Part shown: positions 63,919 to 64,000 of the stretch, piece by piece
How positions within the stretch are numbered: position 1 is the stretch's first letter
Layout: every line of letters begins with the position of its first letter
From: Vicugna vicugna
Taxonomy: Eukaryota
Assembly: GCA_013265495.1 (NCBI GenBank)
Contig: MU058257.1
Location: 124,001 to 188,000, forward strand
Direction of reading: 5' to 3'
Length of the DNA: 64,000 bases
Made by a program: the position numbers and the translations under genes
Notes under the pieces: model-generated
Told to the model about the DNA's origin: nothing
Seen by the model: the letters and a program-made list of their open reading frames with translations, nothing else
The model's database searches: none

Positions 63919-64000
63919 TGAAGGGACCAGGAGATGCCATCCCCAAATATGTCACTTTGGCATAAGGATTACTTTCAACTGGTAGGAAGTGAGAATCAAC
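63919..64000 (+). mobile_element. Start of a MER34-like ERV1 LTR (truncated by window edge)
   Basis: tgaagggaccaggagatgccatccccaaatatgtcactttggcataaggattacttt resembles the MER34-family 5' end. Confidence 0.6.

Noticed and set aside
1..64000. CRISPR array, prokaryotic defence system, operon, NUMT or viral ORF
   Set aside because: I saw no regularly spaced repeat-spacer array, no long ORFs and no mitochondrial or viral coding similarity. The sequence is ordinary mammalian intron and intergenic DNA.

Overview
Mammalian genomic DNA, most likely a camelid (camel/alpaca/llama lineage), judged from five copies of a tRNA-Ala-derived SINE resembling Vic-1. The first ~43 kb is the 3' half of BEND7 (BEN domain-containing 7) on the + strand. 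It has three phase-compatible GT-AG internal coding exons (9831-10056, 29474-29593, 37331/37334-37384) that encode the BEN domain and its basic C-terminal helix. These are followed by several candidate alternative terminal acceptors (40869, 42429, 42483) and an AT-rich 3'UTR ending near 43.1-43.3 kb. The rest is intergenic and rich in old repeats (MIR, L2, L1M, MER2, MER5, MER21, MLT1, MER34-like) and younger L1/SINE insertions with target-site duplications (TSDs). I found no prokaryotic-type system, CRISPR array or second protein-coding gene; almost all ORFs in the track are spurious. The best leads are: (1) an in-frame 106-codon read-through of the last internal BEND7 exon, absent from the ORF track, carrying a C-x2-C-x14-H-x3-H zinc-finger-like motif; (2) a set of alternative BEND7 C-termini and UTRs; (3) a ~52-bp L1 insertion whose TSD duplicates the probable branch point of a BEN-domain exon; (4) an orphan CpG island that seems to have formed from old transposon sequence by AT-to-GC substitution. 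Repeat subfamily names come from memory of consensus sequences, and their boundaries are approximate.
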